This document shows, one piece after another, positions 1 to 15,389 of a stretch of DNA of 64,000 bases. Positions within the stretch are counted from its first letter, which is position 1. Each line of letters opens with the position of its first letter. Position numbers and translations under genes: made by a program. Location of the stretch: the NCBI RefSeq assembly GCF_009914755.1, contig NC_060927.1; one strand, 5' to 3'. Below the pieces are notes generated by a model. That model ran no database searches, had not been told where the DNA came from, and worked only from the letters and a program-made list of their open reading frames with translations. Origin of the DNA: the human T2T-CHM13v2.0 reference genome, Homo sapiens.

Positions 1-1254
1 ATGCTTTTTCACTTTTCATCTCAGTTCCCAGTCAGAGGTACCATCATTGATGGCATGGAAGATTTTGATGGTCTGATGTACGCCTTACTGTTTAAGGTAA
101 CAGGCAAATCTTTAATAACAAATCCAATTTTAGATGTTGTGAGGGTACTGGTTGGCTAATTAAATTTTACCGTAAATCCTTTAGTGAAGAAAATAATGGC
201 CTTTTAATCTGTTTTACAAATATAGATTTTCATATCTCAGAATTAAATTATATTTAAAAAAACTAAAATAAAGTAGCTATTTTGATTAATGCTACCTAGA
301 GACTTAGAAAGGGGACAGTAAGAAAGCTACTCTTACCATTATCCAAAAATATATATATATTTGAATATTTGCACTTCCACTTAACATTCTCTCCACATTG
401 AAGATAACCATTCCTTCCTCTTTTCCAACCTTTAAACCATCCCCCATTCCCATCTCTATCTCTGGCTTCTACTCCTTTTAATCAAGCTTAGTCTTGTCCT
501 CCTTAGACTGACACACAGAATTCTGGAGACTGACTTAGAGCGCTGGCTTTGCCCCAGGATCAGGGCAAGGAGGAGGGCAGCCAAGCTAGCTGGTTCAGCA
601 CTTCTGCAGCATAGCCGAGAACCACACAGATGGAGCAGAGCTTCTACCCCTCAGGCCTTTCCACTTGTTCACAAAACATTCCAAGTGAGGGCTGAGAAGT
701 CTTATCTCCTCTCTTCGTGTTTACTCCTTCATCCATATATTGAGGACATTCATAGGCACAAGCTTCCTGTGAAGCTTAAATGAGATGGCAAATATGAGAG
801 TCCAGCACATCAACCTGCTAAAAACAATGGCTATGTGTGTCCATATATATTTGTTCACTCATTTCTGCCCCTCTATCAGGAATGTATATAGGTATAATGA
901 ATGCTTTTATTTAAGCCCACATACCTGCTGCAACTAGCAGAGTAAAAGAGAGGGCATCCTTTCAGAGGCAGGATTTCCTGATGGACTAAAGCTGTTTTAC
1001 CCTCACTGCTCTGCAGTAAAACTGTCCCCCACCCCTGGAGATTCCAAGCTCTCCATTATAATACTCCAAGGTGCCCCCAGTTCTACAGGGAGGGTAAAAA
1101 GTACTCAAGTAGCCCACACTAACTCTCTTTAAATAAAAACCACCACAAAAACAAAAACCTTCATAGCCTTTGAGAATTTCGATGGCACCTACTGTAATCA
1201 AATATACAAAATAAGAGGTTACCAGTTTGTAAAATCTCGTAATTACATATTTTT

Positions 1255-2440
1255 ATTTGCCATTGATTATTTACTATATGCCAGGAACAGTGCACTTTAC
1301 ATGCATTCTTTCAATTCATCTGCCTTATAACTCTGTGAGGTAAAGGAGTGGATACTTAGAGAAGTTATGTAACTAGCATAAATGTAACTGGTCAGCAGTA
1401 GACTTACTGTAAAGTTAATGGAGCTTAGGCTCTAGTTCCTTCACTTGCAGGAGTCCCTTCTAAGGCCCTGCAAGAAGCCCTAGCATCATGTTCACATGGT
1501 AGTATGTTTGAACTAAATTTGCAAAAGCTAGGTATTTTAACAGAAATCAGTGAAGGCTGTTTTCTCTTTTCATTCCAACTTCCTCACCATCACACTCCCC
1601 CTCATGGCATTGGAGTGGTTGGTCATGGATATTTTGGGGAGATGACTAAGGGCTAGTTGAATTGAGGATACATTTAGTTGGGGTTTAGTGGCGTACTTAT
1701 ATTTGGTTAAGTCATCACTAGCCACTCCAGTGTAGGAATTCACTGTGTCAGCTCATCTGGCAGGTCCAGAAGTTGGATCACAAAATGGATCTGACCTGCA
1801 CAGCCGGCCCTGGGAGTATCCAAGTAATAGAGGAAAGACAAGGTTTAAAGTGTGTGGAGTCAAAAGCTAGTCTATGGAAAATGCTCCTCCAAATCTTACT
1901 GTTCACATATGGAGGGAGTTTAACACAGGTTTTTCCAAATTCTGCAACAATTCTAAAAATCATCACCAATGATGATCTATGGAACCAAAAGACACTTTTC
2001 TAAACAGTCATTTTAAAAGATTATACCAACTATGCTAGAGCAGGGACTGAATCATCTTTCTATTCTTACAATAGAAAATGATATTGCAAAACCATTGTCA
2101 TATGAAGAGGTGACTTAAGGATTTGCTGGCAAAAAATGTAGAAAAGAATGCATTATACAAGTTATACAGTATATATAACTGTCAAGCAATTAGTCAATAA
2201 AAATATTGTTATTTTTCTGAATATTGGGATATTCTGGGTGTTTGTTAGCTTTTATATTTCTTTTACATTTCCTTTTACTTTTTTTAATACAAATTTATAT
2301 TTGCTCCTAATTTTAGTTTTATATTTTGCATTACTTTTCTTAAAAGAAAGCTTCTAAAATTGCATCAATGCCTGCAGCTAAGTAGCAGAGTCAGAATTCA
2401 AACCCAGGGCTGTCTGATTTCAAACTACTCCTTGCTATGG
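1255..2440 (-). mobile_element. MIR SINE split into two pieces (~1255-1392 and ~2375-2440) by a hAT transposon
   Basis: MIR-like antisense motifs 'actatatgccaggaacagtgc...gagaagttatgtaact' resume after the hAT element as 'cagctaagtagcagagtcagaattcaaacccagggctgtctga'. Confidence 0.6.
1393..2374 (+). mobile_element. Arthur1-type hAT-Tip100 DNA transposon fossil with remnant transposase C-terminus
   Basis: Start 'cagcagtagacttactgtaaagttaatggagcttaggc...tcacttgcagg...aaggccctg' resembles the remembered Arthur1 5' end; ends '...cctg'. 1930-2135 translates piecewise to FPNSATILKI...HFSK...TMLEQGLNHLSILTIENDIAKPLSYEEV, typical of the hAT C-terminal dimerisation domain. Confidence 0.7.
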
Positions 2441-3994
2441 TATTTTCTTCTCATTTGTTTGTAGCTTCTTTCTAGTGCTCCCCTATCATCTCTTCCGTGA
2501 TCCTCTGCTCTCCCTTTTCATTGAAATCCCTTCCCAATTGCCAGATAACATTATTCGATTGATTCTTTCTATCTTCTTCACTAAACAAAGTGGTGACCAA
2601 GAGGTCACCAATAACAATTCCATTTCCCTGACAATTTTCTCCTCCGGAGGCCATTCCTTATGCCATTTTTCAAAATTCCTAAAACCAGGATAGTAAGTAC
2701 CTTGCTTTCAACACCATTCCCATGCACAGCTAACCTCCAGAACAATGTCCTACCTTCTTCAAATATGTTAGCATTTGTCTCATGGGGTCCTTTACAGCTA
2801 TGTTCCTTAGGAATTTTACCATCTTCCATTCCTGGCCTCACAGGACCTTGACGTTCTCAGTACATATAGTCTTCATCTATACTCCATTTGAGCTCCTCAT
2901 AGGCATGACTACATCCTGCAACTTGACATCCCCCAAAATAGCTGTGCATCCACGAGCTGTAACACTAAAATTTCCCTTCTCCAAGCCTAGGATCTTTTTC
3001 ATTCTTCAATTATCTTAAAGTTAGTGATTACCTACTTAGAAAAGAGTAGTAATCTGGTTCCTCTTGTTCCAGGGTGGGCTCTTGCTACCTCAGATCTATT
3101 AAATCCTAAATTTACTTGGCATTTTAAAGTCATATACATTTGTCTACCTATTATATTCTCCAAAGAACTTTTTCTGCATTTTTTCTCCTTCTTAAAAATT
3201 GTCCTACTAGTATTCACTTTCTGAAAAAAACTTAGCTTCTACTTTACAGGAAACATAGAGGGTGACATTCAGCTGGTCTTATCTCTCCTTCAGAACAGTT
3301 TGACTTCACCAGCTTTCATTTATCATGTTCATCTCAAAGAAAGATATTCCTTTCCAGGGCATCCCCTTTAAGTGTGACCTCATCCTTTCCTGTGCCACTC
3401 CACACTTTCTAACACCTTATGCCATCATTATTTTTGTATTTTCTATCATTCTTTCTCCCTGGGTCCTTTCCCTAATCTAGACTGTGCTTTCTATCAGTTG
3501 CTTGAAATAATTAACCAACTTTCAGTGACATCCTCTAGCATTAAAGGGCTAACTTGGGCCCCACGAATGTCAATTTTTCCAATCTGAATTAAAGATCAAG
3601 AGGGATTTAAAGATGTTGAGGGAGACTTCAATGAAGTTCCAGAGTGCAGAGGAATACAGAAACCTATTTCAATTTCAAGGTAACCTGTACTGGGTGAAGT
3701 AGTAGAGATTTCTCCAAGGTAGGGATGGTTGTCTCTACCAATTTTTAGGTTTCAGGGACATGTAGCTGGGTCATCAGGAAAGAGGGCACCAAAGCAGCTG
3801 CATAATTTCCTCACTGAGAAATATTACTCATGACTGTTCAGCCAAAGTACATAAACCCCTTTTGAGGAAAAGAGTACGGGTAGGAACAGGGGCAGCATTA
3901 TGCACAGGTGTCCCAGACTTAACAGAATACTCTTGCATTGATATACCATTTTGTAAAAGGTTGAAGAACTGGAAGGACATTTGAGATTTAACTA

Positions 3995-4295
3995 GTCCAG
4001 AAGTGACCATCAACCTATGCTGGTCACAGTTGATAATCCTTCTTTGGCCTGCACTGTGTTTTTTATAAAAGTTGTACCAACACAGAAAAATCTGAAAAGT
4101 TCACATAATATGAGATTTCAGTTTTCAGGGAATATTGGGAGATTTGACAATCTGAACTTCAGCATGGGAACCATGGAAACCATTGGTTGGATCTAAGCAA
4201 TAGCTGCCCATTTAGAAGAGGTGTGTGCTACTCCGTTTATCATCATCCCTATCATTCATTCAGTAGGCACTGGCACCTGAGCTTACAGCTTCTGA
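3995..4295. mobile_element. MER102-like hAT-Charlie fragment
   Basis: 'cattggttggatctaagcaatagctgcccatttagaagaggtgtgtgctactcc' resembles the remembered MER102 core; diverged. Confidence 0.4.
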
Positions 4296-4967
4296 CTTAC
4301 TCTAATCTCCTGATATTATAAATGATAGAACTGAAACCCAGAGAGTTTACATAGTCACTCCAAGGTCCCACTGATAGTCAGATGTTTGACCTGATTCCTA
4401 GAGCTGTGCCCATCTACCCACATTGCTTCTCAAGGTGCTTGAGCTTAACATTTTTGATGTTCAGAAACAATGACCCTAATTTTAATGTAGGTATAGGACA
4501 CAGGCATCATTTTTTGCCATTATTAGCTTTGGAGCCATCCTTTTGGAATAATGCAATTCGTTCAGGAGGTCTTGTCACTGGGCAGATCAATAGCTCTGAC
4601 CTACATGATTATGTAACTTGCAATTGTGTTTTCATTATAAAATTTATTACCCAGTACAGCAAGAAGAAAATCCTTACTTGCCTTTCTTAGATTCTTTTCT
4701 CAAATTATATAAGCCAAGGGTCATGACTTCTTACCAGTCTTACAGTAACTTTTTTGGTTTTCGATCAGGCAAGGAAAAAAAAAAGAGACTATAACTCTGA
4801 TTCTTTAATTTGTTCTTGTATTAAATATCTTGAATTGACACTTAGCCATATATACGTCATCCTAGGAATTCTTTATTTCTTTAGCATCTGTATACATTTC
4901 ATTTATTGCTACCTTGAAAGGCAAAAGAAGGGAGATTTCTCTGTTTCAAATCACAATACAAGTGCCA

Positions 4968-5140
4968 TTCTTCCCTTTTCCTACCCTCCCTTCCTTCCTC
5001 CTTCCTCTCTTCTCTTCTTATCTTTTCCTTTCTCTTCCCTTACTTTCCATGCATTTATCTTTCTTTACTTTCTCCCCCTTTTCACTCCTTTTTCCTTCCT
5101 TTCTCTTTCTTTCTCTTCTCTATTCTTCCCTTTCCTCTTT
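4968..5140. repeat. CT-rich polypyrimidine low-complexity tract
   Basis: ~170 bp almost entirely C/T (ttcctt/ttctct units). Confidence 0.85.
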
Positions 5141-5259
5141 AATCATTTATTGGTTGTACACCATGTACTGGACATTCTACAAGAAAAGTCCAGGTAAGAA
5201 TTAATAAAGAGCAAGAGCAGGTATGTGAATGTGTAGAAGATGATACAGAAGCATGAGAC

Positions 5260-5700
5260 ACACACAGCAGACATTGCCACTGTTCCACCCTATTTTCTTG
5301 GGTCCCCTTGCCAGAAACCAGCCTGACTTTCAAAGGCAGTACCTTCATCTTTGTTGGAGGGCTGACTTCAGGCTTCCAGAACCCACTATGTAAGCCAGAA
5401 GTGTCTGTACAGGTATAAGGGTGGCCCATAATCAAAGACTAATCAGTGTACAAATATAAATACCCAGATCCCACCTTCTAGGCTGGGGTAATTCTGAGTT
5501 CTCAGTTTCCAGAGTCTGACTGTAGGATAGTAATGATCAGTTACCCACTACAACAGTTGACTTAATAACAAATCTCCTCAGGGCTGCTTTCCCTCTCTAT
5601 TTGCTTCCTCCCTTATCTACCAATGTTCCTTGCACCTCTCAAGACTGCTTTACTCAAATCCTTGGTTCAGAGTTTGCTTTGTGGGGAACTAAGGCCAACA
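5260..5700 (+). mobile_element. LTR16-family (ERVL) solo LTR
   Basis: 3' end 'aaatccttggttcagagtttgctttgtggggaactaaggccaaca' and internal 'ataaatacccagatccc' match LTR16-type motifs. Confidence 0.55.
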
Positions 5701-5894
5701 TAGCAAAACACATGCCTTCCAGAACCTCTTGACCAATGGGGAACAAATAAGACTAAATAATACTAAAGTAATATGGGAACATAGTAGAAAACAATTCCAT
5801 CTGGCAGAATTGGATAAAGTGTCAATTTAAGAAGTAGCAAGTGCACTGGATCTTGAGAAACAAGAGTTTTGTAAGTAGAAGTGATGAGATTCAA

Positions 5895-6340
5895 TAATAC
5901 CAGCAGCTAAACACTTTACATCTGTTTTCTCCTTTGATTCTCACAAAAGGTTTAAAAGGTAGGTCCTTTCTTGTATCTTAATTTTTGCAAATGAGGAAAC
6001 TGGGATTTGGAGACAGTAATCATTCTGCCTAAGGTTATTCTGCCTGTAAATGGCAGGGCTGAGATTGAAACCCAGTCCCATATGCCTCCAAAGTCATAGC
6101 TCTTCGTAGCACTCTACTAACATAGGAGAAAGAAAATAGGCTTTAGAGGCAGACAGATCTGAGCAAATCCACCCTCCCATTAGCTGTAGGTCCTTGAGTA
6201 GAAATTAATCTCTAATTCTGTAATCTCAAAGGAAATTGGGGATAATTACTTGGAAGAAGGCTTGTTATAAGCTTTAACTGAAATATTACATGTTAAGTCC
6301 TAGTGCAATGCTTGTCATCGAGTAGGCACTGAAAAAATAA
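5895..6340. mobile_element. Two adjacent MIRs in opposite orientation (~5895-6120 minus, ~6135-6340 plus)
   Basis: 'aatgaggaaactggga...cctaaggtta...gagattgaaacccag' is antisense MIR core; 'tagctgtaggtccttgag...ggggataat...gagtaggcact' is sense MIR. Confidence 0.6.
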
Positions 6341-7787
6341 AGCAGTAGTTGTTGTGACAAGAATAATGATAATTCCAGGCATGAGAAAATTTTCTGTATG
6401 CATCTGAATACCAGCCCCATCACCCTCCAACATGTCAGATTAGTGCCCCAAGAGTGTAGTATTTATGAGGAAATTGATGAGAAATTTGGCTACCATCGAA
6501 CTTTAGGACCCGATATTTAAATGATACATATGTGGAGCTAAGGAGTTTGACTTGATCCTGCAGGAAACCACCAAAGGATTTTCTGAAGGGATAAAGATAA
6601 CATGTTTAGTTGTGCATTTTGGAGTTAGGTAGGGATGGGGTTGACATGTTCAGAAGTGCAGTGTTTCTATTTGTTTGCATTTGTGTTTGGCACAGGGAGC
6701 AGTAACCTGGAGTCACTAAGAACGATAGATTGGAGGACTGTGGGGTAGGCCTGGCACAGGAAGACTCAGTGAAGCTACTGAGGAATATTGTCAAATTTTT
6801 CCCTTTCTCATTGCTTTTTAAAATTTTCAAAGCACAAAAAAGTATTAAGTTTGAGTGAATTCAGAGATTGTATGTGTATATGTGTGTGTTTGTGTGCATC
6901 ACAGAGAGAAAGAAAGAGACAGAGAAGGAAAATACCTTGAAACAGCAACTTTCCTTCTTCAGGACTTGGGTTATACAACATGGAACAGACTTTCCAGGTA
7001 ATACACTTAACTTTACCTACAAAACTCTGTTCTGGAATCTTTCATGGGCTGTAATCCTTTGGTCTAGTTAATTATACTTCTAAAATCTACTCAGTCTGTG
7101 GTCTTGGCCTAGTCTGGAAAGTGTTCATTCCAGCCTCAGTTTCCTAATCTGTAAATGGGCAATAACAACTTTCCTGTTCTCCCTATGGAATAAAATGCAA
7201 TCTGACTGTATATACTCCAGATCACTTACAGACATCTCGCTCTATAGCTTTTAGTGAGACAAAACTGCTTCTCTACTCCAAAAAGTGGAGTCTCCTTCCA
7301 TTTAATTATTTCTATGAGATGAAGTACCGGTTCACAGAAGCACAATCACTATTCAGCCAAATCATTTTTTACTTAAATTTTGCAATCACTGTTTTCCATT
7401 TAATCATGTCACAGAAGCCTAAAAAGGATTGTAAAGATCATATAATTCAACTGTACCTAAACTGCATTAGAAAACAAGTCATTCAATCTTGGTTCCTTTG
7501 GATTGTGAGTTTGCCAGATTGGTTACCTTTCTATCTGGTTTTATTACTTTCTAAAAATTATTTCTCAAATAATAACAAGTATTTCTTTTTAGTCATAATA
7601 AGTAAAACAGCAACTTCATCTGACTCATTTAGTTTTCTAGTTTATGTCATTCTGCATCTCTTTTCAAATGCTGAATTTTGTCACCCACAAGATATGAAAG
7701 GAGATTAATTCCTTGCCTTAGAGCTTTTGCTTGCAATGTTCCATCTTGACCTATTGACATCCTTTCTACCTTTCAAGGCATTTCCTA

Positions 7788-7895
7788 AAATAATAGAGGA
7801 AAGTGGGTGTGGGGACTATGGGAACTCTCTGTATTATCTTCACAATTTTTCTGTAAATATAAAACTACTCTAAAATTAAAAGGTTTATTTTAAAA
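7788..7895 (+). mobile_element. Old L1M (L1MC/MD-type) 3' terminal fragment
   Basis: 'atgggaactctctgtattatcttcacaatttttctgtaaatataaaactactctaaaattaaaaggtttattt' is a typical L1M 3' terminus. Confidence 0.65.
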
Positions 7896-7951
7896 AGATT
7901 ATTTAATTTGAAAACTATTGTGTGCAAAATTTAGATGTTGTATTCTAGTCC

Positions 7952-8018
7952 TGTGTGTGTCAGTGTGTGTGTGTGTGTGTGTGTCTGTGTGAGAGAGGGA
8001 GAGAGAGAGAGAGAGAGA
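7952..8018. repeat. Compound (TG)n(GA)n microsatellite
   Basis: Direct inspection. Confidence 0.95.
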
Positions 8019-8184
8019 AAGATGGAGAAAGATGAAGAGAGAGAGCAAGAAAGGTAATGTGAGGCAGGTTTGGCTTGACTAGCCTAAAAAGGAATACATC
8101 AAGGTGAAATTGGAAAGCAGGCCAGTTGGTTAACCACAGTGAAGGTGGTCAGTGTTTTCTCTAAGAAAATAAATGTCGAACTAT

Positions 8185-8992
<808 letters not shown>

Positions 8993-9977
8993 CTAATTAC
9001 TGAGTGAGTGCCTACTATGTGCCAGGAATTCTACTAGGTGTTTTTGCAAACATTATTTATTTCTATATCTAGTCTTCTGACATAGGTTTAATTATATCTA
9101 TTTTATACATTTTTAAAAATTCAAAGTCAAGATAATTTAGGTTACCTGCTTCTGAGCGACCAAGTTTTGAAGCCACCTGACTCCTGTCCAATGTTCCTTT
9201 CACCAGGTAAGCTCTGACTGAGAAAACAGCAGGAGGAGAGACTGAAAGGGCAGAACTGGATAGGGCACCATGGCAAAGACTACATTTTTAACTTGAGTTT
9301 TGGGTGGAGGTGGTGGTAGAAGTGGGAGAGAAGGAAGAAAGTAGGGCAAAGGAAGAAAAGCACTACTTGGATGAGATACAGTGAAGGGATTTCAAGCAAA
9401 AGTGGATTTGCACCAAGAGGCATCTGGGAACTCAGTGTCAACTAGCAATTTGTTACTGAGGGCTCTCAAATGTCCAGCTCCATTTTGTAAAGGTTAAGAA
9501 TACTTAAAGAAGCAGTGCTGTGTTGGCATATGTGTGACTGGATTAATTCAGAGAGGACGCACAGATAACAATGAATCTGAGGGTGTCTAGACTAGGAGAG
9601 TGGTTATAGATATATTTTGAACTGAATCATAAAATTCAGTTTTATAATCCCTGTTCCAAAGAAAGTAGTCTACCACATTTGGGGGTGTAGTCCTTCTTCA
9701 TACTTTTACTAAAAAGACCTTCTCTGCCTTTCTTTACCAATAATTCTCATTTATGTTACTTGCAAACCTCCAGGGATTCATAAATATTCACATACACAAA
9801 TTGACGACTGATAGAGTGATACAACTGCATGCATGAGTAAACATCTTGGAATTTATTTCTATAACCTTCAATTTGTAAACCAGAGAACAGTTTGTTTTCT
9901 CATCTGCACGGTACAGTTTTAGAAGTATGATTGATTAACTCCTTAAGAAGAGAACCTTGTTTAGAAATCAGGAACAA

Positions 9978-10423
<446 letters not shown>

Positions 10424-10562
10424 TTAGTGGGTATCTGAAGACATCAATCTTTGGAGTTATGAAAGGATACCAATATATTTTTTCACTATTTGGAGGACTA
10501 GCCATGTGTCTTTAAAAAAAAATCCATCTTTTTACCAACTGCTTGAAAGTGATTATCTGTGA

Positions 10563-10886
<324 letters not shown>

Positions 10887-11306
10887 AGAACCATTTCTTA
10901 AAGAGGTGTTTATTTTGGCATGCCACTTGGGGATAATGATTGTAAACCTTAGAATTAACATAATGAATTTACCTTATCTTTATTTCCTTCATAATGTATG
11001 CCCACAGTTCTGAACTATGTATTTGACTTTCATTGTTAATTGGTCTAAAAAGTCATCAGTGCATAAATTCACATGACTTAGAAAAAGTTTAGTCAGAAAG
11101 CTCTGAGCTTTCTGGGAAGTTACATAATACATAATACCAGTAGAAACAAAATTTTTCTAACTGGAGATTATTGTTAGAAAGTTACATGTAGAGTAAAAAA
11201 ATACAAGATTAAGAGATTTAAGACACTTTTTAAAATTCTCAGCACTTTTAAACTTATGACGGAACCAGTAGGGCCTTTAATTTCTAGGCAGCAAGTTTAA
11301 CCAGCT

Positions 11307-11717
11307 GCATTTGTTAAGGTAATGCTAACTGATATAAAAGATAAATCCCCACATCTCAGAGGCTGGACATGAGAGTTTACTTTTCACTTGGGTAAAATCC
11401 TGATTGACAAGTGACTTGCCACCAAATAATTCAAAGACCTAGGGTCTTGTATCCTGTGGCTCTAACAGTTTCATCATGTTGCTTTCAAGGTCACTATGCT
11501 CATTTGCATCAAGCCAGAAGGGAAAGGGACAATGAAAATTACCCGTGGGAGGCTTCATAAATTAATTATAAAGGGACTGCTTCACCTTTGCTCTCATTCT
11601 ATTGGCAAAAGTTCAGTCACATGACACATCTAACTATAAAGGAGGCTGGAAAGTATAGTTTACCCAGGTATACAGAAAGAAAAGATTTGGTGTCATCAGC
11701 TAGTAATTACTGTCACA
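11307..11717 (-). mobile_element. MLT1 (I/J-like) MaLR LTR
   Basis: 'cattctattggcaaaagttcagtcacatgacacatctaactataaaggaggctggaaagtatagt' is the antisense MLT1 core; ends '...tgtcaca'. Confidence 0.6.
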
Positions 11718-12429
11718 GCAGCCAATGGCTTTATACCCTTTTAACATCAATTCTAAAACCTAAAACAAATAGAAAATTTCTATTTACCAATATTTTGGGG
11801 GAAGAAATAACCAGCATTAATTTTTCTAAGTGCTCTGATTTGTCATTGTCCAGTTCAGGGGAATGAGAATGAGACCATTTCTCAAACTTTGTGTTACTAT
11901 TGACAGAATTATCTGGATTTATTTTCTTAAGTTTGCCTAAGCTGTATAAACATGAGCTCTTTCCCTGTAAAGTGGCTTCATGTATCTCACTTTGTCATCA
12001 TTGACCTAAGTAGAACTTGAGAAGTGGTTTATTAAAATAACTCACTAAGTGGATTGCTGAGGCTCTTGCTTCATCATGACAGCACCAAATTGTGATACAC
12101 TCCTTCCCCTACCACTTCCTTAAAAAAAATCATTTTTTTTTCTTTTTTGTCTTGAAATAACACTCTGAAAATCTGTGCTATAATTAAGAGAAGCAGGATT
12201 TTCTGGTAATGGGAATCATGGGAGCATTCTCAGATCAATTTGTTTCTCAGCTCGAGTTTACCGTAAGAACCGCTTTTGATATGTGGACTCTCAAGGGAAA
12301 TCAAGACGACCTCAGAAACTTGCTCAGAGTTTCCAGGTTAAGTGGAATGGGAAGGCTGTGACAAGTGGCTGTGCCACCTACAAACTGATGAGCAGCCTGA
12401 GGCCCCTAAACCAGAAGCTCATTGCCCCT

Positions 12430-12438
12430 ACACACACA

Positions 12439-12482
<44 letters not shown>
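12430..12482. repeat. (CA)n microsatellite
   Basis: ~26 CA units with two interruptions. Confidence 0.97.
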
Positions 12483-12483
<1 letters not shown>

Positions 12484-12914
12484 TTCACCTCAGCCCATTA
12501 AAAAGTCAGAATTTTGAATGTGCTATTTTATGAAGATGTTAACATTATTTTAGTTTAAAAATCTCATACTTCTCAGATCAGTCTGTCCATACAAGACTTC
12601 TTCCTTCTTAGAATTGCAGCAGAACTTATTGTCATAGCACTCACATAGCAGTTTACATATATTGCTCTAGATTAAAGCATTTTTGTACCTTTTCCTTCTC
12701 ACATTTTCATGATAATTAAGACTTTTTTCCAAAAGAAACACAAACTTTTATCAAATTAGCTATTTTCAATTTTCCAAATTTACTTTCCACTTTTATCTAT
12801 ATGCATTTGGGGTCTTATTGTTATTGTTGTTTATGTTCTTATTAATATATTTTAATCTCTTTTTACCTCATTTAGTGTCCTAAATGAATCTAGTTTGGAA
12901 AAAAGTTAGTATTT

Positions 12915-13930
12915 AATATTTACTTATTGAGTTCCTACTATGTGCTAGGCACTGTTCTGGGTTATGGGAGACAGTGATAAATGAGACATAAATTTTGCTT
13001 CAAGTAGTTTACATTTGAGGAGTGGGGTTAGGGAGATAGACAATAAGATGTAAAGATATAAATGAGATAATGAGACAAGTATGCAGTGTTGCTGAGAAGT
13101 ATGCAGCTGTGTGGAGACTCGGGCAGCATGTTCCAAGCAGGAAAACAGCAACTGCAAAAGCAGGTTTGGTGAGTTCCAGGCACAGCACAAAGGCCATTGT
13201 GGCCAAAGCAAAATGAGTAGGATGACAAGTGGAAAGTGAGAAGGTGACAAAAGTCAATAGGGGGCTTCAGAGTTCTTGTAGATGATATCGAGAAGTCACA
13301 AGAAGGTATTAAACAAGGTATGGTAAGATCTTATTTATACTCTGATTGCCTCAGTTACCATGTAGTAGATACATCGAAAAGCAGGGGACAAAAGTCTGGG
13401 TGGACAGGTAACAATCTGTTCTTGGACTAGGAACTTTAGTAGGGGAGGTGCTGAGAAATACTTAGACTCTGAGTGTATTTTGAAGGTAGAAGTTATAGAG
13501 CTACTCATGGGTTAAAAGTGTGCCATGGAAGAAAAAGTGGAATCAAGGAAGAGTCCTACGCAGAGATGGATTTTGGTACCATTTGTTATAACAGAGGTGA
13601 TTTGATGATATTCATTCATTCAAACATTAAGTAATTATTTTGTGTCATACACTATGCTCAGCACTGTAGACATGGAGAATAACCTACGGAATTCTAATTT
13701 AAGCAAGAGGTGATGAGGGCTGGCATCGAGACAGAGGAAAAACAATGAAGAAAAAAATGACAAAATTAAGAAATATGTGGCAGATGGAATTGGCAGAATA
13801 TGGTGCCTGATGTTGAGAAAGAAAGATTCTGGAATGATTTGAAAATGTCTGATGCAAGTGGGCAGATGGCAACAGCATTAACAAAGATGGGGAATGTATG
13901 AGAAGAAATTGGTTTGTGGAAAAAGTCATT
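12915..13930 (-). mobile_element. L2 LINE fragments
   Basis: 'ttattgagttcctactatgtgctaggcactgttctggg', 'tattttgaaggtagaa' and 'ttcattcattcaaaca' are antisense L2 3' motifs. Confidence 0.65.
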
Positions 13931-14106
13931 ATTATGTTAATATTGGCAGTTAATAATTATCGATCACTTCTTATGTACTAGGCACTCTGCTTACTGCTTA
14001 ATACAAACAGCCTCATTTACCCTCAAACATATACGGAGAAGACTAATATTGTCCCTGTTTTTATGGAGGCATAAACTAGGGCTTGCAGAGGTTAAATAAC
14101 TTGCTC

Positions 14107-14243
14107 TTAAGAGATATACCTAATGTAAATGACGAGTTAACGGGTGCAGCACACCAACATGGCACATGTATACATATGTAACAAACCTGCACGTTGTGCA
14201 CATGTACCCTAGAACTTAAAGTAAAATAAAAAAAGAAAAAAAA
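14107..14243 (+). mobile_element. 5'-truncated L1PA 3' end (~135 bp) inserted in a MIR
   Basis: 'gagatatacctaatgtaaatgacgagttaacgggtgcagcacaccaacatggcacatgtatac...agaacttaaagta' plus A-tail; TSD aacttgctc at 14098-14106 and 14244-14252. Confidence 0.92.
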
Positions 14244-14449
14244 AACTTGCTCAATGTCACAGATGTAGGAATTACGAAAGCCAGGCCTTGAATCCACGAT
14301 AACAATATTTGCAGATGCTGGGTTTGAGTTGAATAGACATTCACTTAGGGACATTTGGTAGATTTATAAACATGGACTTGGAAGTTGGAATGTACCCTGG
14401 AGGAAAAGATTTGAGAATTATCAGCACAAGGTGATTGTTCAATTGCATA

Positions 14450-14581
14450 CCCTGTATTGGTGTTCTCTTTCCTTAGTTTTTTCTACCCCTAAGGTGTTTC
14501 CTGGGATCATCACTGAAATAAGCTACTTGCACTTGAGTCCTTTTCCCGGAGTCTGCTTCTGAGGAAACCCAAATCTAGACA
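14450..14581 (+). mobile_element. LTR16-like 3' fragment
   Basis: 'ggtgtttcctgggatca...aaataagctacttgcacttgagtcc...gtctgcttctgaggaaacccaaatctagaca'. Confidence 0.55.
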
Positions 14582-15389
14582 GAAAGTGATTGAGAAGTAG
14601 AAGACGAAGAAGAAAGATAAAAAAAATTCTTTGTTAGGAGCTTGGCTATGAAAGGAAAGGGAAATGAATAGTGAAGTAATCCCAAGAGAATGTAGGACTA
14701 CTTTTTAAGAAAGTAAAACAACCATATTAAATGCTGGGAGAAATTAGTTAACAGAAAGGAAAACATTGGAGAGTTCCTGGTAAAAAATGTCTATTGTTTT
14801 CTATGAGGTTAAGGGGAAGTTATCTGCTCAGGGAAAGAGGTGAGAGAGAAAAGGTGTCATGGGGTTTAAGGTGGTTGCTAAAGGGTTGAAAACCACAGAT
14901 TTTTCATGAATTTTACATGATTTTTGTCATGAAAGCTTGGCAATCCAAGAGTAGAAATGGAAAAGATGATTGGAATCGTGAGTCTAGGTTAACATTTTCA
15001 GAACTGAATTTTTCAATAATCCAAGTGCTCAGGATAGAAACAACAGTGGTCCGGTGAAAGTGTAAACAGCTCTGATATTACCAGTGCCTCCAGGTCTTGC
15101 TGACCTGGCTACAGACAACCTGAGGCTTCCATTCCCCAATCCTCTCTGCTTTGTCTTCTTAAATCTTTGCCTTACCAATTTCTGACCTACAGCTGCCTGG
15201 GCCTTGAGACTTCATGAATATTCTTTTTCACTTTTTTTTTTTCCAGTAAGATAAAAGGAGTTATGGAGTCACTGAGTTGAAGAAATTTTAAAGCCAGAAA
15301 TGTTTTTTGCCTACAAAGAAACAGAATTTCAGAGAGGTACTCACTTGCCAAAATTACAAAACAAGTTAGTAAGAAAGCCAAGAGACTAC

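Noticed and set aside
4754-5204. 147-aa and 96-aa F/L/S-rich ORFs
   Set aside because: Product of the CT-rich low-complexity tract.
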